Shown here piece by piece: positions 16,058 to 25,120 of a stretch of DNA of 36,712 nucleotides. The notes below the pieces were generated by a model. That model was not told the origin of the DNA. It worked only from the letters and a program-made list of their open reading frames with translations, and searched no databases. Location: NCBI GenBank assembly GCA_016281165.1, contig JAEEIC010000131.1:1-36712 (forward strand), given 5' to 3'. Numbering within the stretch: the stretch's first letter is position 1; every line of letters begins with the position of its first letter. The position numbers and the translations under genes are program-made. This stretch comes from Bacillota bacterium. Its GTDB lineage: Bacteria; Bacillota; Clostridia; Peptostreptococcales; Anaerovoracaceae.

Positions 16058-16086
16058 TCAAAATATCCCCGGCGCGGGGCCGGGGA
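16058..16086 (-). terminator. hairpin/terminator after glyQS
   Basis: In minus-strand sense: TCCCCGGC-CCCGC-GCCGGGGA followed by TATTTTG. It lies only about 18 nt before the proC RBS, so read-through is likely partial. Confidence 0.5.
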
Positions 16087-16096
16087 CGCTAATTTC

Positions 16097-17476
16097 TTAA
16101 AATTGCAGAGACTTTTCGATGTACGATCTCAGCTCCGCGACAGGTATCCTCACCTGCTCCATGCTGTCTCTGTCTCTTACGGTCACGCAGCCGTCGGTCT
16201 CGCTGTCGAAATCGTAGGTCACGCAGAAAGGCGTGCCGATCTCGTCGGCGCGGCGGTAGCGCTTGCCGATAGAGCCGGCGTCGTCGTAATCGACCATGAA
16301 ATGCTTCGCCAGCTCGTCCCTGATCTCCATCGCTTTGGCCCCCAGCTTCTTGGAGAGCGGGAGCACAGAGGCCTTGATCGGCGCCATGGCGGGCTTGAGA
16401 TGCAGCACCACGCGCACGTCGTTCTTCGCCTCGTCGATGACCTCCTCGTCGTAGGCCTCGCAGAGCAGGGCCAGCACGGTGCGGTCGAGACCGTAGGTGC
16501 TCTCGACGATGTAGGGGATGTAACGCTCGTTGGTGTAAGGATCGAGGTAGCTCATGTTCTCCCCGCTGTACTCCTGGTGGCGCGAGAGGTCGAAATCGGT
16601 CCTGTCGTGGGTGCCGTTGATCTCGCCCCAGCCTATGCTCGGGAAGAGGTACTCGATGTCGCAGGCCGCCTTGGCGTAGTGGGCCAGCTTCTCGTGATCG
16701 TGGAAGCGCAGATGATCCGCCGCCAGGCCCAGATCCTCGAAGAACTGCCTGCCGTAATTCTTGAAATACTCATAGTGTTCGATGTCGTCTCCGGGCTTGC
16801 AGAAGGTCTGGAACTCCATCTGTTCGAACTCTATGGTCCTGAAGGTGAAGTTGCCCGGGGTGATCTCGTTGCGGAAGGCCTTGCCTATCTGCCCGATGGA
16901 GAAAGGCACCTTGGCCCTCATGGAGCGCATGACGTTGAGGTAATTGACATACTCGCCCTGAGCGTTCTCGGGGCGCAGGTATATCACGCTCTTGGCGTCG
17001 TTGGTGACTCCGCGGAAGGTCTGGAACATCAGATTGAATTCGCGGATGTCGGTGAAGTCGTGCTTGCCGCAGTTGGGACAGGGTATGTGATGAGCCTTGA
17101 TGTAATCGAACATCTGCTCCTTGGTCATGGCGTCGGCATGAGCCTCGGGATCGAACTCGTCTATGAGGTTGTCCGCCCGAAAGCGCATCTTGCAGGACCT
17201 GCAGTCGAGCAGAGGATCGGAGAAGGATCCCACATGGCCGCTGGCCTCCCAGACTCTGGGGTTCATGAGTATGTCGGCGTCGACCTCAAAGGAATTGTGC
17301 CTTTCCTGTATAAAGCGCCTGCGCCAGGCTTCCTTGACGTTGTTCTTGAGGCGGGCGCCCAAAGGACCGTAGTCCCAGGTGTTGGCAAGGCCTCCGTATA
17401 TCTCGCTGCCGGGGAAGATGAAGCCTCTGTTCCTGCAGAGGTTCACTATCCTGTCCATCGTAAGTTCTTCGTTCAT
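16097..17476 (-). CDS. glyQS: glycine--tRNA ligase (homodimeric class II GlyQS type)
   Basis: 459 aa. The sequence RGFIFPGSEIYGGLANTWDYGPLG...FRNEITPGNFTFRTIEFEQME... is typical of GlyRS. Confidence 0.95.
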   Translation of the reverse strand: MNEELTMDRIVNLCRNRGFIFPGSEIYGGLANTWDYGPLGARLKNNVKEAWRRRFIQERHNSFEVDADILMNPRVWEASGHVGSFSDPLLDCRSCKMRFRADNLIDEFDPEAHADAMTKEQMFDYIKAHHIPCPNCGKHDFTDIREFNLMFQTFRGVTNDAKSVIYLRPENAQGEYVNYLNVMRSMRAKVPFSIGQIGKAFRNEITPGNFTFRTIEFEQMEFQTFCKPGDDIEHYEYFKNYGRQFFEDLGLAADHLRFHDHEKLAHYAKAACDIEYLFPSIGWGEINGTHDRTDFDLSRHQEYSGENMSYLDPYTNERYIPYIVESTYGLDRTVLALLCEAYDEEVIDEAKNDVRVVLHLKPAMAPIKASVLPLSKKLGAKAMEIRDELAKHFMVDYDDAGSIGKRYRRADEIGTPFCVTYDFDSETDGCVTVRDRDSMEQVRIPVAELRSYIEKSLQF

Positions 17477-17497
17477 ATATGCCTGTTTCTTCTTTCT

Positions 17498-18370
17498 TTA
17501 TTCTTCAGCCTTTTTAGCCTCACAGCAGCACTCCTCAGCCTTCTTCTCGGCCTCGCAGCAGCATTCCTCGGCTTTCTTTTCAGCCTCGCAGCAGCACTCC
17601 TCAGCCTCGCAGCAGCACTCCTCAGATTTCTTTTCGGCCTCGCAGCAGCACTCCCCGGCCTTCTTCTCGGCCTCGCCGAGGCTCTCCATCTCGTCCAGCT
17701 CCAGATCGGAAAGATCGAAATCATCGGCCTTTATCGGCTCCATCTTCGGGGCCCTGGACTTGATGTCGGCCGCCTTGCTCTTGGCCATCTCCACGAAGTC
17801 CTCGCTCTTGTCCTTGGCGGCGTCAACGAAGTCACCGCTCTTCTCCTTCACGGTGGTGAAGATCTCGCTGCCCTTCACGACCGCGGCGTTGAAGACCTCG
17901 GAGCCCTTGTCCTTCGCCTCGTCGAGCACGACTCCGCCCTTGCTGACTACGGTCTCCATCACGTCGCCGGCCTTCTCGGAGACGTTGACGACGTCGCCGT
18001 TCTCCTTGAAGAGCTCGATGCTGCACTTGGTGCCGAAGGCGGCGATGACGCCGGCCAGCATGGCCCAGGGGAAGAGCACAGTGCCGATGAGCCCCACGTT
18101 GACGGGCAGATTGAGGACGACGTCCTCGCCCTTCTTGATGACGATCTTGGCCACATTGCCCTTGCGCACAGCCTCCTTGACGTCGGCCACGAGCTCGTTT
18201 ACCTTGGAATCCTTTTTGATATTGGCGTTGATACCGTCTTCTATATCAACTATCGCGTCGACCACATTGCCCTGGGTCTTCTCGAGGGCTTCCTTGGCCT
18301 CTCTGTAGCTGACGCCGGTCCTGTCCTTGACAAGCTCGATCTTATCAAGAGTGATCTCAAAATCTTCCAT
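17498..18370 (-). CDS. DUF4342-like protein with a UBA/EF-Ts-N-like N-terminus and a Cys-triplet repeat tail
   Basis: MEDFEITLDKIELVKDRTGVSYREAKEALEKTQGNVVDAIV is UBA-like. KIVIKKGEDVVLNLPVNVGLIGTVLFPWAMLAGVIAAFG is a DUF4342-like core. I place the start at ATG 18370 (AAGGAG 9 nt upstream) rather than the TTG at 18397. Confidence 0.7.
   Translation of the reverse strand: MEDFEITLDKIELVKDRTGVSYREAKEALEKTQGNVVDAIVDIEDGINANIKKDSKVNELVADVKEAVRKGNVAKIVIKKGEDVVLNLPVNVGLIGTVLFPWAMLAGVIAAFGTKCSIELFKENGDVVNVSEKAGDVMETVVSKGGVVLDEAKDKGSEVFNAAVVKGSEIFTTVKEKSGDFVDAAKDKSEDFVEMAKSKAADIKSRAPKMEPIKADDFDLSDLELDEMESLGEAEKKAGECCCEAEKKSEECCCEAEECCCEAEKKAEECCCEAEKKAEECCCEAKKAEE
17501..17674 (-). repeat. in-frame tandem repeat with a 33-nt unit (one 21-nt short copy)
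   Basis: It encodes EAEKKAGECCC EAEKKSEECCC EAEECCC EAEKKAEECCC EAEKKAEECCC EAKKAEE. The triplets show on the plus strand as gcagcagca or acagcagca at about 17522, 17555, 17587, 17608 and 17642. Confidence 0.9.
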
Positions 18371-18393
18371 CGTATATATCTCCTTTCCCTGTT

Positions 18394-19143
18394 TCAAGGC
18401 AGCAGGCCGTCGCTCTTGAGGCGGTCTATGCCCAGATGATACGAAATATAAGAGCTTAAGAAGCTCCTGAGCCTCCCCTCGGCGGAGGACTGGATCTGGA
18501 GCTTTTCAAGGCTCTTCAAGGGGTGATCGTTTATGAACCCGATCACAGCAAGTATATCATCGCCGGCGCCGAAAATCAACGGATCCGGCGTTTTCTGCTC
18601 TTTGGCGCAGCTGCCGCAGACGAGGCCTCCCTCCGCGACCGAAAGGACGTTGCCTTCGGCTGTCTTCTCCCCGCCGCACCTCATGCAACTTCTGACCCCG
18701 ACCCCGCTGCCCAGCAGCGAAAGAGCCTTGAGCTCGTAGGCGATGCTCAGGGTCTCGAAGCCCGAGCGGGCCGCGGCCGTCATGGAGAGGTACTGGCAGA
18801 GGAGCTCGTAGAGGGCCGCCTGGGGCTGGTCCTCCCCCAGCATGGCGTCGGTGAGCTCCAGTATCCTCGCCGCCGACATGTACTTGTCCACGTCCTCACC
18901 GATGGAATAATAACTCTCGATGACCTCTGCCCCGTTGATATTGTAGAGCTCGCGGTTCTTGAAGAGCTCGTATCTCCCGCGGCAAAAAGGCCTGATGGCG
19001 AGGCTGCTCTTGTTCTTTCCTCTCTCGCTCAGAGAAGTCCCGGCGCTTATCTTGCCGTACTTTTTGGAGAAAAGAGTGATCATGCGCCTGCCGCCCAGGG
19101 TCCTGGTCTGTCTTAAGATGACGCCTTCGGTCTCGGTATACAT
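18394..19143 (-). CDS. recO: DNA repair protein RecO
   Basis: 249 aa: an OB-fold N-terminus (TEGVILRQTRTLGGRRMITLFSKKYGKISA) and a CxxC...CxxC zinc motif (CMRCGG...VCGSC). Confidence 0.9.
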   Translation of the reverse strand: MYTETEGVILRQTRTLGGRRMITLFSKKYGKISAGTSLSERGKNKSSLAIRPFCRGRYELFKNRELYNINGAEVIESYYSIGEDVDKYMSAARILELTDAMLGEDQPQAALYELLCQYLSMTAAARSGFETLSIAYELKALSLLGSGVGVRSCMRCGGEKTAEGNVLSVAEGGLVCGSCAKEQKTPDPLIFGAGDDILAVIGFINDHPLKSLEKLQIQSSAEGRLRSFLSSYISYHLGIDRLKSDGLLP

Positions 19144-19152
19144 GTCTGTCCT

Positions 19153-20052
19153 TCAGCTCTCTCTGTAGCCGAAATTCCTGATGGCGATATCGCTGTCGCG
19201 CCATCTCTCCTTGACCTTGACGTGGGTCTGAAGGAAGACCCTCGTGCCCGTCAGGGCTTCTATCTCGAGCCTCGCGGCCTTGCCGACGCCCTTGAGGCGG
19301 CGGCCGTCTTTTCCGATGATGATGCCCTTGTGGGACTGTCTCTCGCAGTAGATGACGGCGCTTATGGAGGTGAGATCAGGTTCCTCTTCGTAGCTCTCTA
19401 TCTCCACGGCGACCCCGTGAGGCACCTCCTCGTCGAGGTACATCAGCAGCTTTTCCCTGATGATCTCGCTCACGATGAAGCGCAGGGGGCTCTCCGTGAT
19501 CATGTCGGGCGGGAAATAAAGAGGCCCTTCGGAGAGCTTTTCTTCGGTCATGCCAAGGAGCCTGTCTACGTTCTTACCGTCCGCCGCGCAGATGCCCATG
19601 ACCTCGCCGAACGTCCCCAGGGACTCGTAGAAGTCGAAGGTGCGCTTGAAGCTCTCCGGATCCATCTTGTCGATCTTGTTGATCACGAGGATCTTCGGCG
19701 TTTTGACGTCCTTTAAGAGCTTCAGTATATGGTCGTCGCCGCTGCCCTCTCCTTCGTAGGGGGAATCCACGAGGAAGAGTATGACCTCGACCTCTTTGAA
19801 GGTATTGACCGCGGCCTGGGTCATGTAGCTTCCCAGCTTGTTGTGGGGCTTATGGATGCCGGGCGTGTCGATGAAGATGATCTGCGAGGCGGGCTCGCCC
19901 TCCTCCATCCTCGTATAGATGCCCCTGATGGTGTTCCTGGTCGTCTGGGGCTTGTCAGTCGTGATGGCGATCTTTTCGCCCAGTATGGTGTTGAGGAGGG
20001 TCGATTTGCCCACATTGGGCCGCCCGATGATGGAAACGAAGCCGCTCTTCAT
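19153..20052 (-). CDS. era: GTPase Era
   Basis: G1 is GRPNVGKST, G3 is DTPG and G4 is NKID. The C-terminal KH domain contains GIIIGKDGRRLKGVG. Confidence 0.95.
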   Translation of the reverse strand: MKSGFVSIIGRPNVGKSTLLNTILGEKIAITTDKPQTTRNTIRGIYTRMEEGEPASQIIFIDTPGIHKPHNKLGSYMTQAAVNTFKEVEVILFLVDSPYEGEGSGDDHILKLLKDVKTPKILVINKIDKMDPESFKRTFDFYESLGTFGEVMGICAADGKNVDRLLGMTEEKLSEGPLYFPPDMITESPLRFIVSEIIREKLLMYLDEEVPHGVAVEIESYEEEPDLTSISAVIYCERQSHKGIIIGKDGRRLKGVGKAARLEIEALTGTRVFLQTHVKVKERWRDSDIAIRNFGYRES

Positions 20053-20053
20053 C

Positions 20054-20521
20054 TTACACAGCCTCCCGCGGCAGGCCCAGCTCCGCCATCACCGCTTCTT
20101 CTCTTTCTCTCATCGCGGCCTTGTCCTCTTCGTTCATGTGATCGTAGCCCAGCAGATGGAGGACGCTGTGGGTGAAGAGATAGATGAGCTCCCTTTCGAA
20201 GCTGTGGCCGAAGTCCAGAGCCTGTTCCCTCGCCTTGTCTTCGCAGATCACGACGTCGCCCAGGAAGAACTCCTCGCCCTCCTCAAGGCTTATCTCCTCT
20301 TCCCCCTCGTAGGCGGGGAAAGAGAGCACGTCGGTCACCTGATCGACGCCTCTGTAGTCTCTGTTGAGCTCCTTTATCTCTTCTCTGCCGACGAAGCTCA
20401 CGGAGAGCCCCGTATCCCCGGTCTCAAGGCCTTCGTTCTCAAGGCAGAGGCAGGCGGCCCTGTTCATCAGCTCTTCGGTCTTTTCGTCCGGACGTTTCTC
20501 TTCATCAAAATATATGGTCAA
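20054..20521 (-). CDS. ybeY: rRNA maturation endoribonuclease YbeY
   Basis: The zinc motif HSVLHLLGYDH (H-x3-H-x5-H) is present, at a size of 155 aa. Confidence 0.9.
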   Translation of the reverse strand: MTIYFDEEKRPDEKTEELMNRAACLCLENEGLETGDTGLSVSFVGREEIKELNRDYRGVDQVTDVLSFPAYEGEEEISLEEGEEFFLGDVVICEDKAREQALDFGHSFERELIYLFTHSVLHLLGYDHMNEEDKAAMREREEAVMAELGLPREAV

Positions 20522-20532
20522 GGCAAAAGCTC

Positions 20533-21504
<972 letters not shown>

Positions 21505-21538
21505 GACCTCCTGTGATCTTGAATTTGGGTGATGCCTG

Positions 21539-21566
21539 CAAAAAGAGCCTGCCGAAAGGCAGGCTC
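21539..21566 (-). terminator. rho-independent terminator/attenuator after rpsU
   Basis: In minus-strand sense: GAGCCTGCC-TTTC-GGCAGGCTC followed by TTTTTG. It lies 35 nt upstream of the phoH start. Confidence 0.65.
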
Positions 21567-21575
21567 AAATCGTTT

Positions 21576-21758
21576 CTAGTATCTCTTGTTAGCCTTCTTG
21601 CGCGCAGCTTCGGACTTCTTCTTACGCTTTACGCTGGGCTTTTCGTAGTGCTCTCTTTTTCTGAGCTCGGACATGACGCCGTCTCTAGCACAAGAACGCT
21701 TGAATCTCTTCAGCGCGCTCTCCAGATTTTCGCCTTCCTTAACGACTACCTGTGCCAT
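21576..21758 (-). CDS. rpsU: 30S ribosomal protein S21
   Basis: [55 protein letters not shown], 60 aa. Confidence 0.95.
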   Translation of the reverse strand: MAQVVVKEGENLESALKRFKRSCARDGVMSELRKREHYEKPSVKRKKKSEAARKKANKRY

Positions 21759-21811
21759 TACCGCTTCACCTCCTTGCCTTCGAGCCAGCGGCTCTTATCA
21801 AAACAAGAGTT

Positions 21812-21840
21812 ATTATACACAGCGAGGCACAGGTAATCAA
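21812..21840 (-). promoter_or_regulatory. candidate sigma-A promoter of rpsU
   Basis: On the minus strand: TTGATT, a 17-nt spacer, then TATAAT. Confidence 0.5.
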
Positions 21841-21871
21841 GATTTATTTTCAGTTAATTGAAAGTTTTTTG

Positions 21872-23299
21872 CTAGACCGTGGGCTGAGGCATGACGCCCT
21901 TGGGGATCGGGCACTTATAGCCGCCCGGCTCTCTCATCTTCAGCTCTTCCTTGGCCTTTTCGATGGTCTCGGGCGAATTGAGGAGATCGATGACGGTCGC
22001 TCCCATGACTTCGCCGGCGAAGAGGGTCCTCTTCTTGGCAGCGCTGCCTATGCCCTGAGCGACGTTCTGCCAGGAATGTCCGGGAGACCTGCTGCACCAG
22101 GTGGCGGTGTGCACCTGAGCGGTCGGGCAGATCCAGCTGACGTCGGCGACGTCGGTCGAACCGCCCATGGCGGGCCCTTCGACCGTGGGGAAGACGAAAT
22201 CGATATCGTCCTGCTTGCACTTCTCGATGAAGGCGGCCTTCTCTTCCATGCTCATGGGGGCCAGCAGATAGGGCTTCGGGGTCAGGGGCTGGGGCACCGT
22301 GGTGTTGAGCCTGGCTCTGTACTCCGCTTCCTCGGGAGTGAGGGCCGGGATGGGCAGCTCGCAGAGGTTCTTATACAGGACCTCATTGAGAGTCGTGTTG
22401 ATTATGGTGTTGGAGCAGCCCTTCATGAAGACCTTGTTGAGCTGGGTATCGGTCATGAGAGCGGCGCCCTTGGCGATGTTGTCGACTCTGGCCATCAGCT
22501 CCTGGACCTGGTCGTTCTTGGGCGATCTGATCAAGTATATGGCCTCGGCGTAGGACTGGACCACGTTGGGCGATCTGCCGCCGGTCTCGGTGATGGCATA
22601 GTGGATGCGGGCGTCGGAGGGCATATGCTCTCTTAAGAACTGGACGCCGATGTTGAGGAGCTCGAGAGCGTCGAGCGCGGAGCGGCCGTGCTCCGGGTCT
22701 CCCGCGGCATGGGCCGAGATGCCCTTATACTGATACTTGACCTGCACGTTGGCGAGGGAGCTGGTGTCGGCGACGTTGTTGACGCTGGAAGGATGCCAGG
22801 TTATGGCCGCGTCAAGGCCGTCGAAGATGCCGTCTCTGGCCATGAAGGCCTTGCCGGATCCGCCCTCTTCGGCGGGGCAGCCGTAGTAGATGACAGTGCC
22901 CTGACCGGGATGATCCTCGAGATATTCTTTTACGATGAGGGCAGCGGCGATGGAGCCGACGCCGAGAAGATTGTGGCCGCAGGCCTGATGGGTGCTCTTG
23001 CCGTTGGGGGCGTGGAGCTGGAACTCCTCGGGCACGTCGCTGACGCCGGCCAGAGCGTCATATTCGCCCAGAAGGCCGATGACGGGCTTTCCGGAGCCGA
23101 AGCTGGCGCTGAAGGAGGTCGGAAGGACTCCCAGGCCTCTTTCGACCTTAAAGCCGTGCGCCTCCATGAAATCGCTGAGGTCTTTGCAGGACTCGAACTC
23201 CTTGAAGGCAGTCTCGGAATACATCCAGATGCGGTCGCTGAGGTCGTAGAGCTCCTGACGGTACTTTTCCAGTGCTTCGATTGCTGCTTTTTTGTCCAT
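21872..23299 (-). CDS. M20-family amidohydrolase, AbgB-like (p-aminobenzoyl-glutamate hydrolase subunit B family), copy 1
   Basis: PETAFKEF..., GLLGEYDALAGV, GHACGHNLLG, GCPAEEGGSGK, KGISAHAAG.P..GRSALDA and the C-terminal YKCPIPKGV all match the AbgB pattern. I place the start at ATG 23299 (GGAGG 5 nt upstream). Confidence 0.8.
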   Translation of the reverse strand: MDKKAAIEALEKYRQELYDLSDRIWMYSETAFKEFESCKDLSDFMEAHGFKVERGLGVLPTSFSASFGSGKPVIGLLGEYDALAGVSDVPEEFQLHAPNGKSTHQACGHNLLGVGSIAAALIVKEYLEDHPGQGTVIYYGCPAEEGGSGKAFMARDGIFDGLDAAITWHPSSVNNVADTSSLANVQVKYQYKGISAHAAGDPEHGRSALDALELLNIGVQFLREHMPSDARIHYAITETGGRSPNVVQSYAEAIYLIRSPKNDQVQELMARVDNIAKGAALMTDTQLNKVFMKGCSNTIINTTLNEVLYKNLCELPIPALTPEEAEYRARLNTTVPQPLTPKPYLLAPMSMEEKAAFIEKCKQDDIDFVFPTVEGPAMGGSTDVADVSWICPTAQVHTATWCSRSPGHSWQNVAQGIGSAAKKRTLFAGEVMGATVIDLLNSPETIEKAKEELKMREPGGYKCPIPKGVMPQPTV

Positions 23300-23345
23300 A
23301 TTTTCCTCCATTATTAAAGATATAACGGTTAGTGAACTTTATCGT

Positions 23346-23687
23346 TTAGCCCGGAGGCCAGTTCATGCTGCGCTTGCCGAGAAGGTGGGCGTGAAGATGC
23401 TTTACCGTCTGCCCTCCGTCCTCGCCGGTGTTGAAGACGACGCGGTAACCCTTCTCAAGCTCCAGCAGGGCCGCGATCTCTTTGATCTTCAGCATCATGT
23501 GGGCGAGGAGCTCCGCGTCTTCGGGGCCGGCCTCGTCAAGGGAGGCGATGTGCTTTTTGGGGATGATGAGCACATGGACCGGAGCCTGGGGGTCCAGATC
23601 GTAGAAGCTGTAGATGAGATCGTCCTCATAGACCTTTTTCGAGGGTATCTCGTGGCTCGCTATCCTGCAGAATATGCAGTCTGACAT
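23346..23687 (-). CDS. HIT-family (histidine triad) nucleotide hydrolase
   Basis: CIFCRI... at the N-terminus and the HLHAHLLG histidine triad, at 113 aa. Confidence 0.9.
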   Translation of the reverse strand: MSDCIFCRIASHEIPSKKVYEDDLIYSFYDLDPQAPVHVLIIPKKHIASLDEAGPEDAELLAHMMLKIKEIAALLELEKGYRVVFNTGEDGGQTVKHLHAHLLGKRSMNWPPG

Positions 23688-23689
23688 GA

Positions 23690-25015
23690 TTATATCTCCT
23701 TTCTTCCGAAGACGCCGTCCGAGACGGGGCCTTCGGCAATAAGATCGACAAAGCGGTTCGTCATATCGCCTTCAGAGGCGAAATAGACCGGGGTGTAGTT
23801 GGAGGCGTGTCCCTTCCAGAGCAGTCTGCCGTCCACTTCCTCCTGTTCCTCCGCCAGGACCCTCAGCTTCTTCCCCTTAAGGCACTCCCGAAAGCTCAGC
23901 GAGACCATCTCGGCCTCCTCCAGGAGAATGCGGTTCCTCTCCTTCTTCACGGGAGGCGTGATCTGGCCCGGCATCCGCGCCGCTTTGGTGTAGAGCCTGA
24001 CCGAATAGGGAAAACCGTGCACCTTGAGGAAGCGGGCCTTCTTCACCAGCTCCAGGCTCTGCCTGAAGTCTTCCTCCGTCTCACCGGGAAAACCGGTGAT
24101 GATGTCTGTGGTGATGCCGTAATCCGGGTCGAACTCTCTCAGAGCCTCAACTATCTTCATGTATTCGGCCGCGGTGTAATGCCGGTTCATGGCCTTTATG
24201 ACCCTGTCGCTCCCACTCTGCACGGAAAGATGCAGATGATGGCAGAGCCTGTCATATTTGAAGAGCTTCTCGACGTAGGACGCGTTCACGACTGTGGGCT
24301 CCAAAGACCCTATCCTGATCCTGAAATCGCCTTTCAGCGCGGAGACGGCCTCGATGACGCTGTGTATGCCCGAAGGCTCGCCGCCGCCGTTCTCGGTGCC
24401 GTAGAGGGCGGTGTTGATGCCGGTGATGACCAGCTCCCTGTAGCCTCTGCCGATGAGATCCTCCGCTTCTCTCAATATACTGTCCATGGGCCTGGATCTT
24501 ACCGGTCCCCTGGCGAAGGGTATCACGCAATAAGAACAGAAGCGGTCGCAGCCCTCCTCCACCTTGATCAGAGCCCTGGTCCTCGATTCCGAGGCTCCGC
24601 AGCCTTCGTGATCGCGGTAGACGGTCTCTCTCACCCTGCTGTCTTCGACGGCCATGACGCGCTCCGTCCTGCCGTCCAGGAGCTCTTCGGCGAGCTCGAC
24701 TGCCCTCTCCTTATCAACGGTGCCGAGGATGACGTCGGCCTCCTCTATCTCCGCGACCTCTTCGGGATTGGTCTGAGGATAACAGCCCATGATGATGGCG
24801 CGGGACGAGGGCGAGAGCCTCTTCATGCGCCTCAGGTACTGGCGCGACTTGCGGTCGGCCAGTCTCGTCACGGAGCAGCTGTTTATTATATATATATCGG
24901 CCTGCTCTTCTTCCGAAACTACCTGCCAGCCCCTCTGCCTGAACATGCCCGCGAGGAGCTGCGATTCGTATTGGTTGACCCTGCAGCCCAGTGTATAGAA
25001 CGCTACCTTCTTCAT
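23690..25015 (-). CDS. mtaB: tRNA (N6-threonylcarbamoyladenosine37-C2)-methylthiotransferase MtaB
   Basis: The UPF0004 N-domain is FYTLGCRVNQYE and the radical-SAM motif is CDRFCSYC, with a TRAM-like C-terminus. I place the start at ATG 25015 (MKKVAFYTLGC). No clear RBS, so the start could be off by a few codons. Confidence 0.88.
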   Translation of the reverse strand: MKKVAFYTLGCRVNQYESQLLAGMFRQRGWQVVSEEEQADIYIINSCSVTRLADRKSRQYLRRMKRLSPSSRAIIMGCYPQTNPEEVAEIEEADVILGTVDKERAVELAEELLDGRTERVMAVEDSRVRETVYRDHEGCGASESRTRALIKVEEGCDRFCSYCVIPFARGPVRSRPMDSILREAEDLIGRGYRELVITGINTALYGTENGGGEPSGIHSVIEAVSALKGDFRIRIGSLEPTVVNASYVEKLFKYDRLCHHLHLSVQSGSDRVIKAMNRHYTAAEYMKIVEALREFDPDYGITTDIITGFPGETEEDFRQSLELVKKARFLKVHGFPYSVRLYTKAARMPGQITPPVKKERNRILLEEAEMVSLSFRECLKGKKLRVLAEEQEEVDGRLLWKGHASNYTPVYFASEGDMTNRFVDLIAEGPVSDGVFGRKEI

Positions 25016-25056
25016 ATGTATCATTTTAACAAAAATCTCTATCTTCAACAATAATA

Positions 25057-25086
25057 TTGAACTGATACGAGCAAAAATTATATAAT
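25057..25086 (+). promoter_or_regulatory. candidate sigma-A promoter of AbgB-like copy 2
   Basis: TTGAAC, an 18-nt spacer, then TATAAT, 35 nt upstream of ATG 25121. Confidence 0.4.
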
Positions 25087-25120
25087 CCTCTTGAACTTAT
25101 CGCAGGAAAGGAGATACATC

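Noticed and set aside
17477-17497. An expected T-box leader upstream of glyQS, as in Bacillus.
   Set aside because: Only 21 nt separate glyQS from the preceding stop codon, which leaves no room for a T-box. The gene appears to be co-transcribed with recO and the DUF4342-like gene.
17501-17674. A 33-nt tandem repeat, considered as a possible CRISPR array or non-coding satellite.
   Set aside because: The units are directly adjacent with no spacers. They are in frame with an upstream conserved domain and encode a regular peptide repeat. I report this as a coding repeat instead.
16103-18439. A very long plus-strand ORF (778 aa) spanning glyQS and the DUF4342-like gene. Similar giants occur at 32919..35324 (801 aa), 23807..25054, 3905..4978, 20554..21516, 12980..14408 and elsewhere.
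   Set aside because: These lie antisense to genes with unmistakable conserved motifs (GlyRS, DnaK, MtaB, S1, PhoH, CpaF). Their products are low-complexity and rich in Leu, Gly, Ala, Asp and Val. High GC3 suppresses stop codons on the opposite strand, so these are shadow ORFs.
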